Shown: positions 52,026 through 64,000 of the stretch, piece by piece
How the letters are laid out: each line of letters opens with the position of its first letter
Position numbering within the stretch: position 1 is the first letter of the stretch
Assembly: GCF_964355755.1 (NCBI RefSeq)
Contig: NC_092677.1
Coordinates: forward strand, 11,058,101 to 11,122,100
Length of the DNA stretch: 64,000 nucleotides
Source: Antedon mediterranea
Lineage: Eukaryota; Animalia; Echinodermata
Direction: 5' to 3'
Program-made: the position numbers and the translations under genes
Notes under the pieces: model-generated
What the model saw: the letters and a program-made list of their open reading frames with translations, nothing else
Told to the model about the DNA's origin: nothing
Databases searched by the model: none

Positions 52026-55000
52026 CAACGCCGATGACGACGCAATAGATTTGTCCATCAACGACGAAACATAACGTAACAACAGAAACTTAGCAATTAC
52101 AGACAGCATGGAAAATGTCCGACGGTGGCTATACAAGGATGGCAACGTCACCTACACCAAAGAAGACATCATTTGTCGATGACGACGACGTCGATGACGA
52201 CGGGGAGTGAGAATGGTACTTGTGATTGGTGATGACAACGAAGTGTTCATTAATAGAGAGACCCATTATAAATACAATTGCCAAAATAAACTCATACTTC
52301 ATAGGCCGACATGATTTGATATTGATATAACACGTATCGAGTGGTATTGATTTATTGTCTCAATTACTTTATCTGTTTACTTGTTAATTATATTATTTTA
52401 GTTTGATAAGAGTCTTATACGTGACAAGAATAATTTATTCTTCTATTAGGCCTATAGATCCTCAATATGATATTGAAATAAAAATAACCGTTGACGGCAA
52501 AAAAAGGACAGTGCGAGAAATGTAGGCCCTACAATTATTTAAAACTTAAATATTAATATCTATATTTTGGATACATCATGCCGTAATACAACTGCTTGTG
52601 TTAACATAACTGAACCATAATGATAAGAAAACCGAATCCAATGTATCAATGACAGTAAAAGCCATACATCTGTGAAACATACCTAGGGGTATTTTGTCTA
52701 CATAATGTTTAAATAAACCGTAATGTCGTGGATGTGTGTAGTATAAAGCTTTTTTTGAACTCTTGTCTGTTTTCAATATGGTTAAATATAGTAATAGTAA
52801 ACATAACATAATGATAGTCTGCTAAAATTATGGATGGAAATAAGACAAATACGAATAGCATATTTAGATTATTTGATTGATGTTCTGTCATTTTAATTTA
52901 TTCATCTGTAAATGATCCCGATACAAATCAATTCATCCGTAAAATTTGCCACGCTTAAGAGTTTCTTATTGTTGACATAACTACGTCTTGTTTACTGTAC
53001 TTTTCTTTTCACATTTATTGGAATTATAAATTTTTTAATTTGGTAAGAAAGGTCAACTATTTTAGCATCGATACCAAAAAAAAAACTACTGTACATTCGT
53101 GCCAGGAAAATATATAGTGTCCCATTAGGCCTATATTCACAACAAGCATTACAAACATACACGATCACATTATTTAGTATACTCCTACAATGCGTTGTAC
53201 TTTATCGTAATTACAGCGTCACAGCTCAAATTCGTATTTTAACTGCGATATTTTATTATAGTGTCACATTTGTATCTATCTAATTGCGACGTTTTATAGT
53301 GCTTATGCTTGTAACGCCTCGAGAAATGTCTGCGACACCTGCACAAACACCTGTATCGGTGGCGGTACAAGTCGTCCCATGGGCCTAGGTAATATCTCGA
53401 GGTAATAAAAAACAACTCGTGGGCCTAGTTTTCACCTGTAGGCTGTAGCAAAGCGACTGACTTATGGGCCGAAGATATAACCGTAGGCTGGAGAAAACGA
53501 TGAATAAACCTGCTTTATTCCTGTAGGCAAAGGGTTGACAGCGATTCGTTAAACAATGACGCCGATATATAGATAAGGAATACCATGTAAACAAACAATG
53601 CAAAGTGACATGTCTGTAGTAAGGATTGATTCATAAGCCTACCTTATGATTGTTCCAAAGATATTTTGAAGTAACAAAGTAGGACATAGAATAGGCCTAC
53701 CATAAAAGCAAGACGCATCTCACGTCGGAGGACGGTGCTGATGCACTGATATTATTAAATTGGCATGCCCAGAAATTCAATTTACTTACGGTATCGTCCA
53801 GCTGATGAGTGTAGACGATATACATATACATTTAATCAATTTGCGTGCAAAAAATGGCAATTTACATATCGTCCACCTGATTTTTTTAAAAGGTTTTATG
53901 CGCACGAGGCGACATTTTAACCGTACAATATATGAAAATTGTGTTTAAATCTGTCCGCACTCCGATGATTTCATAGGATGAGATCAGGGAGAATGTAACA
54001 ATACATTGTATAACTCCATGCATCTACATTATACTTTTTGTGGAGTTCCATCTTTCAGAGGGCGCTAGAGTTTAGCAAACTTACGTCTGTGTCATCATTA
54101 AAGCTGATTTTCCACTATAAATTTGTTCGCGCGAATCGAAAGCGCCAGCTTTTACGCGCTCATGCGTATAGAGGGATTTGGAAGATAGAAACATTAATAC
54201 CGAACACCAAAGTATATTGTCATTCCTTTGCCGCGGTGTTTCTAATGCAATGTCTATTTTAAATATATAGTCAAAGAAAACTGTTATTCTTTGTCTATGG
54301 TTTCCAAAATAAGAATCAAAATCGCAATACATAGGCCTAATAATATACATATAAAGTAAATCAAGATAGACCTAAGTATAACAATTAAAATGCAAAATAA
54401 CTGTCAATAATTGCACGTAGTGTACTACACATTAGTTAAGTTCAGCAACTTAACCTCCCATTGTTTAGGTCGACCAAAGTTAAATACAAAAATGTTATCA
54501 TATCCAACAGGTTATGTCGGTTTTAGTCGCATGTAACGCGACTCTACAGCTCACTATGTCGGTCGGTCGGTAAACACTAACTTGAGCACGCGACTGCAGC
54601 CATGTATATGGCCTTGTTCCCCTAAGACCCGCGGTAACACTGAAAACATCAACTTATTCGATTGCGGCTTTTTGTATGGGAAGCTGAAAATGTGAATATA
54701 TTAAAACCCTTCTTTTGGAACACCCCTATTCAGCAATTGCTGATCATTAGGGACCCGGCCCTCAGAGGTTCACAAGACAAACATATACACAAGATGCTCT
54801 AAATAAACAAAGTCTTTGGGAGTGGAGTTGTAATTTTGTCCTTTAAAAAAATGACATGTGATGGGACTTGAAAACCAGGACGCTTGGAGTGGTAAAAAAA
54901 ATAATAAAAGTCTATACGGTCATTTATTTCTACCGGATATCCCTATCATTTTTAGCTTCGCCATTCTATTATATTTCCTGTAGCTCTTCTATAGAGCATG

Positions 55001-56024
55001 GAGCCAGGAATAAGCTGAAGCATAGATAGGCCGGATGACCTAATAACTAATATTTATGCTTGTTATATTTTCAATTCAATTAGTCATGTCAATATTTGAT
55101 GTTACAAGGCAGGTAATGAATCAATAATTCAACTAAATTAACCGTTAATTACATAAGCGTGACGATAAATTGCATACGGGAGCGTGCCGATTTAATTAAT
55201 AATAAACGATAGGCCTAAAGAGTACTAAACTGCTCCGATTTTTTTATGCGTGTTATTTTTCAAATTTCCGTCACAACGACATTTATTATGACTTTGTCTG
55301 GAAAAATCCTAAGGTTCCGAAAAGCAATCAATTACAATCACGCATTCTCACGATTTTTTTTTTCGTTTTAATTCCAAGTTGAAAGAGGTGGTGTTGTGAG
55401 TGTTCAACCAGGGGCGTTAACTCCCTGGTTAAACCTTGTGAACCAGGTGGTGAAATGTTACTGGATAAGGCAACCATCAGGCAACTGTTAAAAACAACCA
55501 ACAAGTGAACACAGTAATAACAACAGTTCATATTTAGTAACATAAAAGTATATTTAATATGCCTAACAAATAACTACATTTAATAGGCCTACTGTTATAC
55601 ATTCAACGTCACACAAACGACAAGTTATACATAGGCTCATTAAAAAATACTTTAAAACACACGACATTGAGCAATTACATTTTTAAAAAGGGTTTACCCA
55701 AACGATAGCTAGCCAATAAAAATATCACAAAATTGTATTTGTAATTCACAGGAATGTTCACAAAAATATTAAGGTTAAAATCGGAATGACGTTTCGACTC
55801 ACCCACTATGGGGATTATTCTATATCACAGCAATAAACAAATAATATTACAGACAAAATAGCGCAATTCAATATTCGGTACAAATTGCAATGGCTTCTTC
55901 CACCTGTGGAACTATCCCGGGAACTATGTCTATCCAAAGCAGTCTAGATTACTTTGGTCTATCTTGAACACACGATTTATGGTTTGGACATTTTTTAGCA
56001 TTTAGATACTACCAAATCAACAGT

Positions 56025-56995
56025 AGTACAAGGCATCTAACGGTAAGTTTTGCATCTAAACCAGATAAATATAATATAATCATGCAGGAATCTGAATTGC
56101 TCCATGGTATAATGACTCTATGATCTAACTACAAGAAATCTAGTACAAAGTACAAGGCATCTAACGGTAAGTTTTGCATCTAAACCAGATAAATATAATA
56201 TAATCATGCAGGAATCTGAATTGCTCCATGGTATAATGACTCTATGATCTAACTACAAGAAATCTAGTACACAGTACAAGGCATCTAACGGTAAGTTTTG
56301 CATCTAAACCAGATAAATGTAATATAATCATGCAGGAATCTGAATTGCTCCATGGTATAATGTATCTATGATCTAACTACAAGAAATCTAGTACACAGTA
56401 CAAGGCATCTAACGGTAAGTTTTGCATCTAAACCAGATAAATATAATATAATCATGCAGGAATCTAATTGCTCCATGGTATAATGTATCTATGATCTAAC
56501 TACAAGAAATCTAGTACAAAGTACAAGGCATCTAACGGTAAGTTTTGCATCTAAACCAGATAAATATAATATAATCATGCAGGAATCTAATTGCTCCATG
56601 GTATAATGTATCTATGATCTAACTACAAGAAATCGAGCACACAGTACAAGGCATCTAACGGTAAGTTTTGCATCTAAACCAGATAAATATAATATAATCA
56701 TGCAGGAATCTGAATTGCTCCATGGTATAATGACTCTATGATCTAACTACAAGAAATCTAGTACACAGTACAAGGCATCTAACGGTAAGTTTTGCATCTA
56801 AACCAGATAAATATAATATAATCATGCAGGAATCTGAATTGCTCCATGGTATAATGACTCTATGATCTAACTACAAGAAATCTAGTACACAGTACAAGGC
56901 ATCTAACGGTAAGTTTTGCATCTAAACCAGATAAATGTAATATAATCATGCAGGAATCTAATTGCTCCATGGTATAATGATTCTATGATCTATAA
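56025..56995. repeat. 123/124-bp tandem repeat x8 just downstream of the MAO stop codon
   Basis: AGGCATCTAACGG recurs at 56031, 56155, 56279, 56403, 56526, 56649, 56773 and 56897. Confidence 0.95.
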
Positions 56996-57151
56996 CTACT
57001 TGTATAGATAATATCAATCATACGACATATACAATAGGCATATGTTAAAATTACTGTATTATCACATACCTAATATACCAAGTTCGATTTCTAATCAATT
57101 TCTATCTATTTCTATTTCTTATTTCACTCAAAGAGAAATTATCTCTATGCT

Positions 57152-57307
57152 TTATTTAAGAGCATCAATTATCTTGTCTCGGTAAATATACACAAGTATA
57201 CCAGCTGTAGCCACGGAAGTTGTCGCAGTACAGAACTTCAGAAAACCCGGAATAGATGGAATCATGTTCTCTACGACACTTGTTTCAAAAGGTAAAGCTG
57301 GAATCTC
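57152..57307 (-). CDS. MAO: Monoamine oxidase, last coding exon with C-terminal membrane anchor: EIPALPFETSVVENMIPSIPGFLKFCTATTSVATAGILVYIYRDKIIDALK*
   Basis: Acceptor ttttttttcag|, phase 0. PSIPGFL matches the MAO PSVPGLL motif, followed by a hydrophobic tail and a TAA stop at 57154-57152. Confidence 0.9.
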   Translation of the reverse strand, partial: EIPALPFETSVVENMIPSIPGFLKFCTATTSVATAGILVYIYRDKIIDALK

Positions 57308-58205
57308 CTGAAAAAAATAAATCCACTTTATCGTACCATACCCACCTGTTTACCGTAGCATACCGAACAGTTTCACTAAGGGCTCACCTCTTCCCTATCC
57401 ACTTTACCGTACCATACCCACCTGTTTTACTAAGGCTCACCTCTTCCCTATGGACTTCTATTTCTCAATGTGCACATATACATTTAGTTTAAATACCTAT
57501 TTTTTTTAATACATTCTAAAAAATCCTATGTATCTCAATTTGAATGTATTGCATTTTTTTAAAATTATAAATTGAAAAATGATAAATCTATAGATAGATA
57601 GATTGATCTACAAGGTGAAATGAAAATATAAAAAAAAACAAAAAAAAAAATGCAAAAACAGAAGCAGAAACAATAATTTCTATTTTAAAAGAAATATATT
57701 TATTGGAATTATATATACAACAATGATAATAAATATATTAAAGATTATGATGATTATGTTTGTATCATAATAATGAATGGAAATAAAATAGGTGAGTGAA
57801 TCTCTCAAAAGTGTTTTTAATAAAAAAAAATCTGTATTTATTTCAATTACCCCCTCTATGTGGGTATGGCACAGCTTAGTATTAATCAGCGTTACCTCTC
57901 CTTTGCCGTGTCATAGCTCACACATCTTTGTGCCGTTTATGCTCCCTCCACTATGAGGGAAGAAGGTGCCATGAACTGCTGCTAATAGCATCTTAACAGC
58001 TGTTTGATGATAATTAACAACTAAAAATAATGTCATTCATTCCCTAAGGAACTGCACTGTCCTCAATAAAATCTTGTTTATTTTGAAATTTGTGATCTAA
58101 TTTTGAACCAACTTGAATTGACGTAATTTGCATATTCCCCCTTCCCAATTGTATGATATTTAATAATTCATGTTTTACATTAACAAATAAAAAATAAAAT
58201 CTGAC

Positions 58206-58268
58206 CTTTGACTCTGGTTCATCTACCCATATTTTGTCAGCTTTTATCTTACCAACAGCATGTAAGAT
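58206..58268 (-). CDS. MAO: Monoamine oxidase, penultimate exon: ILHAVGKIKADKIWVDEPESK
   Basis: Acceptor ttttatag|, donor AAG|gtcag; 63 bp, phase 0/0. Matches the vertebrate MAO segment ILHAMGKI...IW..EPES. Confidence 0.93.
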
Positions 58269-58304
58269 CTATAAAATAAAAATTATTAAAAATGTTTAAA
58301 TTAT

Positions 58305-59010
58305 ACGAGGAGTGGGGGTGTTGGGTTGGGTGGTAGTCAGAGCAAAGGGAAGACTGAACAAGAAGAGTGGGATAAAGTTGAGGAGAGTGTGATGAGTGAG
58401 ATATGTGGAACCAAGGAGAGGGACCAGAGCGGGGAGGATTAGAGCAGATTAGAGAATAGTGGGGTTATTGAAAGCAGAGAAGAATGGGAGGAGTTATAAC
58501 AGAGGTGTGTGAGAGGTGAGTCAAGGAAAATGGAAGGAGTTAGAGCAGAGAGTTGGGGAGTTAGAGCAGACGGTGTAATGAGTCAGGGCCAAGGAACATG
58601 TGAGTAGTTATAGCAAGGGAATGTGGCAGATAGAGGCAAGGAGTATGGGAGCATGTATAGCGGAGTGTGGGAGGGGAGCCGATGATCGAGAGTGGGAGGA
58701 GGTAGAGCGGAGTGTGGGAGGTGGAGCTGAGGAGAGTAAGAGGAGGAGAGTCAGAGAAGGTAGAGATGAGAGTGGAAAGAGGTTTAGCAGAGTGTGGGAG
58801 GTGGAGCCAAGGAGAGTAAGAGGGATAGAGATGAGAGTGGGAGGAGTTATAGCTGAGGAGTGTGGGATGTAGAGCCAAGGTGAGTAGGAGGAGGTAGAGA
58901 TGAGAGTGGGAGGAGTTATAGCTCAGGAGTGTGGGATGTAGAGCCAAGGAGAGTAGGAGTAGGAGGAGGTAGAGATGAGAGTAGGAAGAGGTGGGCCAGG
59001 ATGAGTGAGT
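58305..59010. repeat. Purine-rich (GA-rich) degenerate repeat in a MAO intron
   Basis: Recurrent GAGTGTGGGAGG / GGTAGAGATGAGAGT units. Confidence 0.8.
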
Positions 59011-59400
59011 ATCTGTTGCCACATTCAATCTATCATATGAAAAATAACAACCTATTATATGAACAAATAAAATCCTTCACAGTATACTATAGTAAGCTAT
59101 TAAAATGCACACACTTGTGTCAGGATTTACACTACAATAACAACAGTCTTTGTATTGTCATGATCATAAAGCATTTCAACAATACAATGAAGACACAAAG
59201 GAGAAATTTAAATTCAATTAATGGTTATTAAAGTTTCATAACCACCTCCCTACCTCCACCTGTTAATGAGTGTATGTGAAATAGAGTGTCTTACATTTAG
59301 GAAAGACGCCAACCTCTGATTGACACCAATTAAGTTTATATGGCTGCCGGTGTTTTTACTAAGCAAATGTTTTGTTTGACATAAATGAATAAAATACTAA

Positions 59401-59490
59401 AGCTCTGTCTACACTATCAAACTATATGTGAAAAAAATGTGATATGCCCAATATTACCATATTTGGGCATACCACTTCCATATTTGGTAC
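59401..59490. mobile_element. MITE family A, partial, in a MAO intron
   Basis: TAAAGCTCTGTCTACACTATCAAAC... Confidence 0.7.
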
Positions 59491-61204
59491 TGTAGAGCCC
59501 CTATTAAGGGGACACCTTCAAGACCCAAAAAAAGTGTCACCTTAAAAGTGGTATTTCCTAAATAGAGGTTGGCCATAGTGTATTGACCCTCATTTGTATC
59601 ATAGCAAAGTGTCCTCTTATTATTTTTTAAAATATAATCCTTAAAACTAGAACTTTTAGAAAGCATTTTGTTCATAAGATGCCCACAAAAACATAAAACA
59701 TTCAGGTGCTCCCTGTGGTTTTGTAAGCACCTTTGTTTTCTAAGTATGTGGCAATACCTTGATTATTTTTAGATGCAATAGGGAAACTCATAACAACCTC
59801 AATAGAATGTCAAATAGACAAAATAGAAAAAATATTAAACATGCTGCTGTGTGAATCGGAACCACTTATGGGCTGGCAAAATATGTCTAGTTTTTTAGAA
59901 ATTTAGAAATTCTGAAATTATTAATGTCTTTTTGATGCTAAAAAGAAATTGGGATTTTTTTTTTATCTCCAGGAAAGTGGTTTTCGTAGCATTTTCAGTT
60001 GTCAGGTAGTTTGGTATTGGGAGAGTTAATTTTGGTTTAGTTTCTACCTGAAATAAAGTCTTTTGATTTTTAACTTGTTCTAATTTTTTTCTTAAAATAT
60101 AATGTACCTTAGATAAAATTGAAAATGTGGAATACTTAGTTGGAAAACGATTTCAATTCAATTCAATTCAACTTAACATTTATTTCTTCCTTCAAGAAAA
60201 TGAGGTAAACATAACAAATTCCAGTAAAAAATATAACCTTTATAAGACATAATTCATTTATTGTAAATGCTAAAGTATGACATGAAAAAATTATAAAAAC
60301 CTTTTTGAAACATTTTTATAAAGTTTTACTGAAATGAAACGTTGAATGTTTTCTTCGAATTTCAAGATTTTTTTTTTATGTGTCTGCGAAAAGTAATTAA
60401 TAAAAACACTAGAGTAGCATCAGACTGTTAAAAGTACAAAGAAGCAGCTGAGAAAAGGACGATACAAAACTGGATTCATTAGTAAAACAGATGGCGCCAT
60501 CTTAAACAGCTGGATTTGTAAAAAGGAGGAGTTTCACGCAACAACGCACATGTCATAAGCTTACAAGACTGATAACCAATTACTGATTAACTAGAGATTA
60601 CCAACACATCAATTAAGAAACTTATGGAGTTGGCACACAAATATAATGTTTATAAGAACCCAGGCTTGTATATTAATTTACTTATTACTATCAGAATAAT
60701 GAAAGTGTCTATTTTCAATAATACCTAATTGTTGACTATGCTTAATGAGTAATTTTTATTAAAATATTTCTTTTATTTCATTTACCATCATTTGTTTATT
60801 CAATAAAGAGAGGCCTCCTGCCCATTTTACAATATTCATTCAATATTATTCATTTTCGGACATGCAGAAATGTCTTTTCTTAAATGTTTTAACTAAATAT
60901 TTATAGGCAAATTATTTGTAAAAAAAATATTGTTAAGCTTATGTACATTGATTGGGTATGTATTGTTTTCTTTTAATTTTTATAAGATGGCTAGTAGGAC
61001 TCTGTGGCGGTTACCTTTCATAGTATACTGCATTATACTGAATTGTGAGACAAGCCTATTCACAGATAATTAATATAAATTATATTAATAATTATCATTA
61101 CTGTACAAGAATCAAAGAATAAAAATATTAGAGTTATTGAAAAAAAAACACGTTTTTATATTTAAAAAATAAGCTATTGATACATAGACTTGTAAAATAC
61201 TTAA

Positions 61205-61322
61205 TTTGGAAAAAAAAAGAATTTGGAAAATAGAGAATTTGGAAAATAGAGAATTTGGAAAATGGAGAATTTGGAAAATGGAGAATTTGGAAAAACTGAG
61301 AATTTGGAAAATAGAGAATTTG
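61205..61322. repeat. 16-bp repeat (GAGAATTTGGAAAATA/G) x~7
   Basis: Direct reading. Confidence 0.85.
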
Positions 61323-62023
61323 CAATATATAATATATATTTTCTAATTTATCAAGAAATATGATGAATATACAATATGAATAATTAAGTAAACAAAAAAA
61401 AAACAATAACATAATACACAAAGAATAACAATGCTTTTTTTAATCTTAATTACTTTTCAGCATTTGGGGCGTACAATCAAAACCACACTTGATATTAAAA
61501 GCCATTCGACACAACTTAAGGAAATAATATACACACATGAGGCTTACGAAAGCCTTATGAAGACGATGTTCGCGTGCAGTACGCACACTCAAGCCTCACG
61601 GGATATCTATGTCAGGGAATCCGAAAGATGTTAAAGTTTATGACATCCACAGTAGGCCGTGTGTGTACTTGGCGGTGACGGTCAGACTCGTTGAAACTTT
61701 GTTTAATCTTTGCCACACTTTTGAGACATGATTGATCCCTGGTTAAATCCTTATATACTTTTGCTCAATTACACAATACAAATGGATTTTTTTTTACCAA
61801 CGAATCATGATAACTTCCTTGATTCGTATCAAGCACGCTGCCTTTGGATTATGCATTTCCTACCGTCTAAACAAATAAACAGTTTTAGTGTCCCTCCCAT
61901 GTGAAAAACAAAAACTGATTTGTGGTTTTTTTGTTAATCTATAAATTTAAATAAACCGGCTTTCCACCCTTTTCAGGGAAAACAAATTGAAGTAGCAAAA
62001 ATATTTTTAATTAAAAAATGTAC

Positions 62024-62135
62024 CTCACGAGCTGCACGTTCACCTGCTTGAACAGCGCCCTCCATGTAGCCTGACCATGCAGTGGCTGTTTCTGTTCCAG
62101 CAAAATATACCCTATCAACAGGCTTGTGTATAACC
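62024..62135 (-). CDS. MAO: Monoamine oxidase (flavin-containing amine oxidase), internal exon: [37 protein letters not shown]
   Basis: Acceptor cag|, donor |gtaca; 112 bp. The translation closely matches the MAO FAD-binding C-terminal motif [25 protein letters not shown]. Confidence 0.95.
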
Positions 62136-62367
62136 CTGAGGAATAAAATGAAATAAATTATTCAATTCAAGTCCATATTTATTTAGCATGGATCTTGAGA
62201 ACTTAAAAATGACAAAATACACAAACATAAAAAAAAAAGTAATGTGGGTTTCATATGTACAATTTTTTATTAAAGAAATAATTTGCATTATTTTGTGTAT
62301 GAGATACTAGTTTCTAAGATGTTTGGTATTTGGTATTTATATGTGTCATCAAACTAAGGAAATTTGG

Positions 62368-62460
62368 ATTAGGTCCTCCACGGACCCACGACAAGCAGCA
62401 GTGCAGCGCCTACCAGATCAGCACACCGGGAGACGATCCCCTACTCCTTGCGAATAGTGT
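62368..62460 (-). mobile_element. SINE fragment (Nin-domain-like) in a MAO intron
   Basis: The - strand ACTATTCGCAAGGAGTAGGGGATCGTCTCCCGGTGTG resembles the AAGAGTAGGGG...CCCGGTG core of invertebrate Nin-type SINEs (recalled, not aligned). Confidence 0.4.
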
Positions 62461-63334
62461 ACCAAGTGAACTAGACTTTATTTGGAAAAATTGACACAAA
62501 AAATTAATTCATTTTCAATTCACACCACCAGTAAAAAAGTACTATAAAGTATTGTTGTATCAATTAAAATAAATGTATTTGAAATATTAATATTACTTTT
62601 GTGAAAAAAAAAACAGAAAAAAGGTGACATGAACATGGTCATGATTAAACATGACTATCATATTTTTAATTATTATCAAATACATTAATATTTATATAAA
62701 AATACTTTATATTATCAGGGCTGGTGAAGGAATTTATCAGAAAACATTGGTAAGTCTCTATACTGACAAAACTAAATACAAATGTTAAGAGCGTATATGC
62801 ACCTGTGGTGTCCCTTTGAAGTTCTTTTGTAATTGCTGATATAACTTTTAATTATACATCAACTCAAAACAGCACAATAAATATTTTTATCTAAGAAATC
62901 ACCTTTTATTAATAAAGCTATAGCTTAATTATTGTATACATCTTCATACGCCACTACGACCTGAACAAAAGCATCTAATCTAGGCTATCTTGCATCTGGG
63001 GGTAAATTTGGTTACCCCTGGGGAGTAAGGACAGGATATTATAGTGTAGCATCACCCCCTAGGGTATCATCATTGATATAATCATTATTTAACAATGCCT
63101 ATATATTTTTCCAATACTGTCCTGTCAATTACTTGACCCCATAAAATGACCTACTTCTACATAGGGACCTGTTTATTGCTCAAGCTTTTATTAAATTATT
63201 ATATTTAGGTTTTCTGTGCATGATTTGGTTAACATTGCTAATACAATATTGGTAACACATTGTCGATATAAATACTGGAAATTAATAGGTCAATTTATCT
63301 GGGTTCTTAATGGTTTTGATGCTTCCTTGTGACA

Positions 63335-63477
63335 AACTATCAAACTATAAACTAGTTGGACAAAAAAAGTGTGATGTGCCCAAATATGGTTGTGATATGT
63401 CTAAATATGGTAGTGATATGACATCATCATGTCCATATATGGGCACATCACATTTGTTTGATACTGTCGACAGAGCT
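63335..63477. mobile_element. MITE family A copy in a MAO intron
   Basis: ACTATCAAAC...GATGTGCCCAAATATGG...GTTTGATACTGTCGACAGAGCT-TTA. Confidence 0.7.
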
Positions 63478-64000
63478 TTATTATAAAGCTTTCCATCTAG
63501 CCTATTTTTTAACACAGCACCCATCAAAGAAACCTCTAGGTATATAATAGTACTGTTTTATAATAATTCCAATTATTAGACTTCTCTCTAAATTCCTTCT
63601 CCCACCCCACCCCCCCCCCCCCTTTATAACTGTACAATTGGTGTTTAAACACTGCCCCATTTCTATTACACATAAATAATAAATCTATATAAAATGATAT
63701 TTAATTTTTACCCGTAAAAACAGGCAATATAATTGCAACAATAAAACCATATTCTTAAAAAAAAATATACATTGTGAGGTTATGACATTGGTTAGCCAGT
63801 TCATTGACGTCACTGCAGTTTTATTATAGTCTTAATGTTTTTTGTTATTATCGCTTGGCTTGTATTTTGTGTGATCTATTTTTTTTTTTAATCTATAAAA
63901 AAGGAAAACTGACTTGTGTGATCTGTGTAAGAAAAAAATAAATAAAAAAAGAAAATTTACATATGCTTAGTTTGGAGTATGTGTGATTTAAAGTGTTTTA

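Noticed and set aside
55780-55830. Penelope-type hammerhead ribozyme-like motif on - strand (…CCCCATAGTGGGTGAGTCGAAACGTC)
   Set aside because: GAAAC and a small stem are present, but the required CUGANGA core is not. At best it is a decayed relic, and no RT or GIY-YIG frame was recognisable nearby.
57893-58020. Exon-like - strand segment with AG/GT ends inside the last MAO intron
   Set aside because: Stop in the phase-0 frame and no MAO similarity. Exons 58206-58268 and 57152-57307 join correctly without it.
58561-59231. ORFs of 90-155 aa
   Set aside because: Low-complexity GA-rich repeat inside a MAO intron.

Overview
AT-rich (about one third GC) invertebrate animal genomic DNA. It is probably from an echinoderm, inferred from the Hox11/13-type homeodomain and repeat families. 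It is not prokaryotic, and most ORF-track entries are spurious. Three spliced genes can be reconstructed by hand. (1) A complete three-exon posterior (Abd-B class, Hox11/13-like) homeobox gene on + strand: CDS join 9139-9559, 21574-21731, 22000-22122; 233 aa. It has a 12-kb first intron, an intron inside the homeobox and an unusually divergent homeodomain. (2) The last three coding exons of a flavin monoamine oxidase (MAO) on - strand at 57152-62135. (3) A probable first coding exon of a MARVEL-domain (CMTM/plasmolipin-like) gene on - strand at 4056-4274. The Hox gene therefore sits alone between non-Hox neighbours, apparently outside a Hox cluster. The rest is intron and intergenic DNA with two Harbinger-type MITE families, a long-TIR MITE, a tRNA-derived SINE, a solo LTR with a 5-bp TSD, many minisatellites, local duplications and decayed coding-like fragments. 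The palindrome TAGGCCTA is strongly over-represented and confined to the CpG-richer domain around the Hox gene. I see no evidence of a wholly new molecular system. The orphan divergent posterior Hox gene and the motif domain are the best leads.
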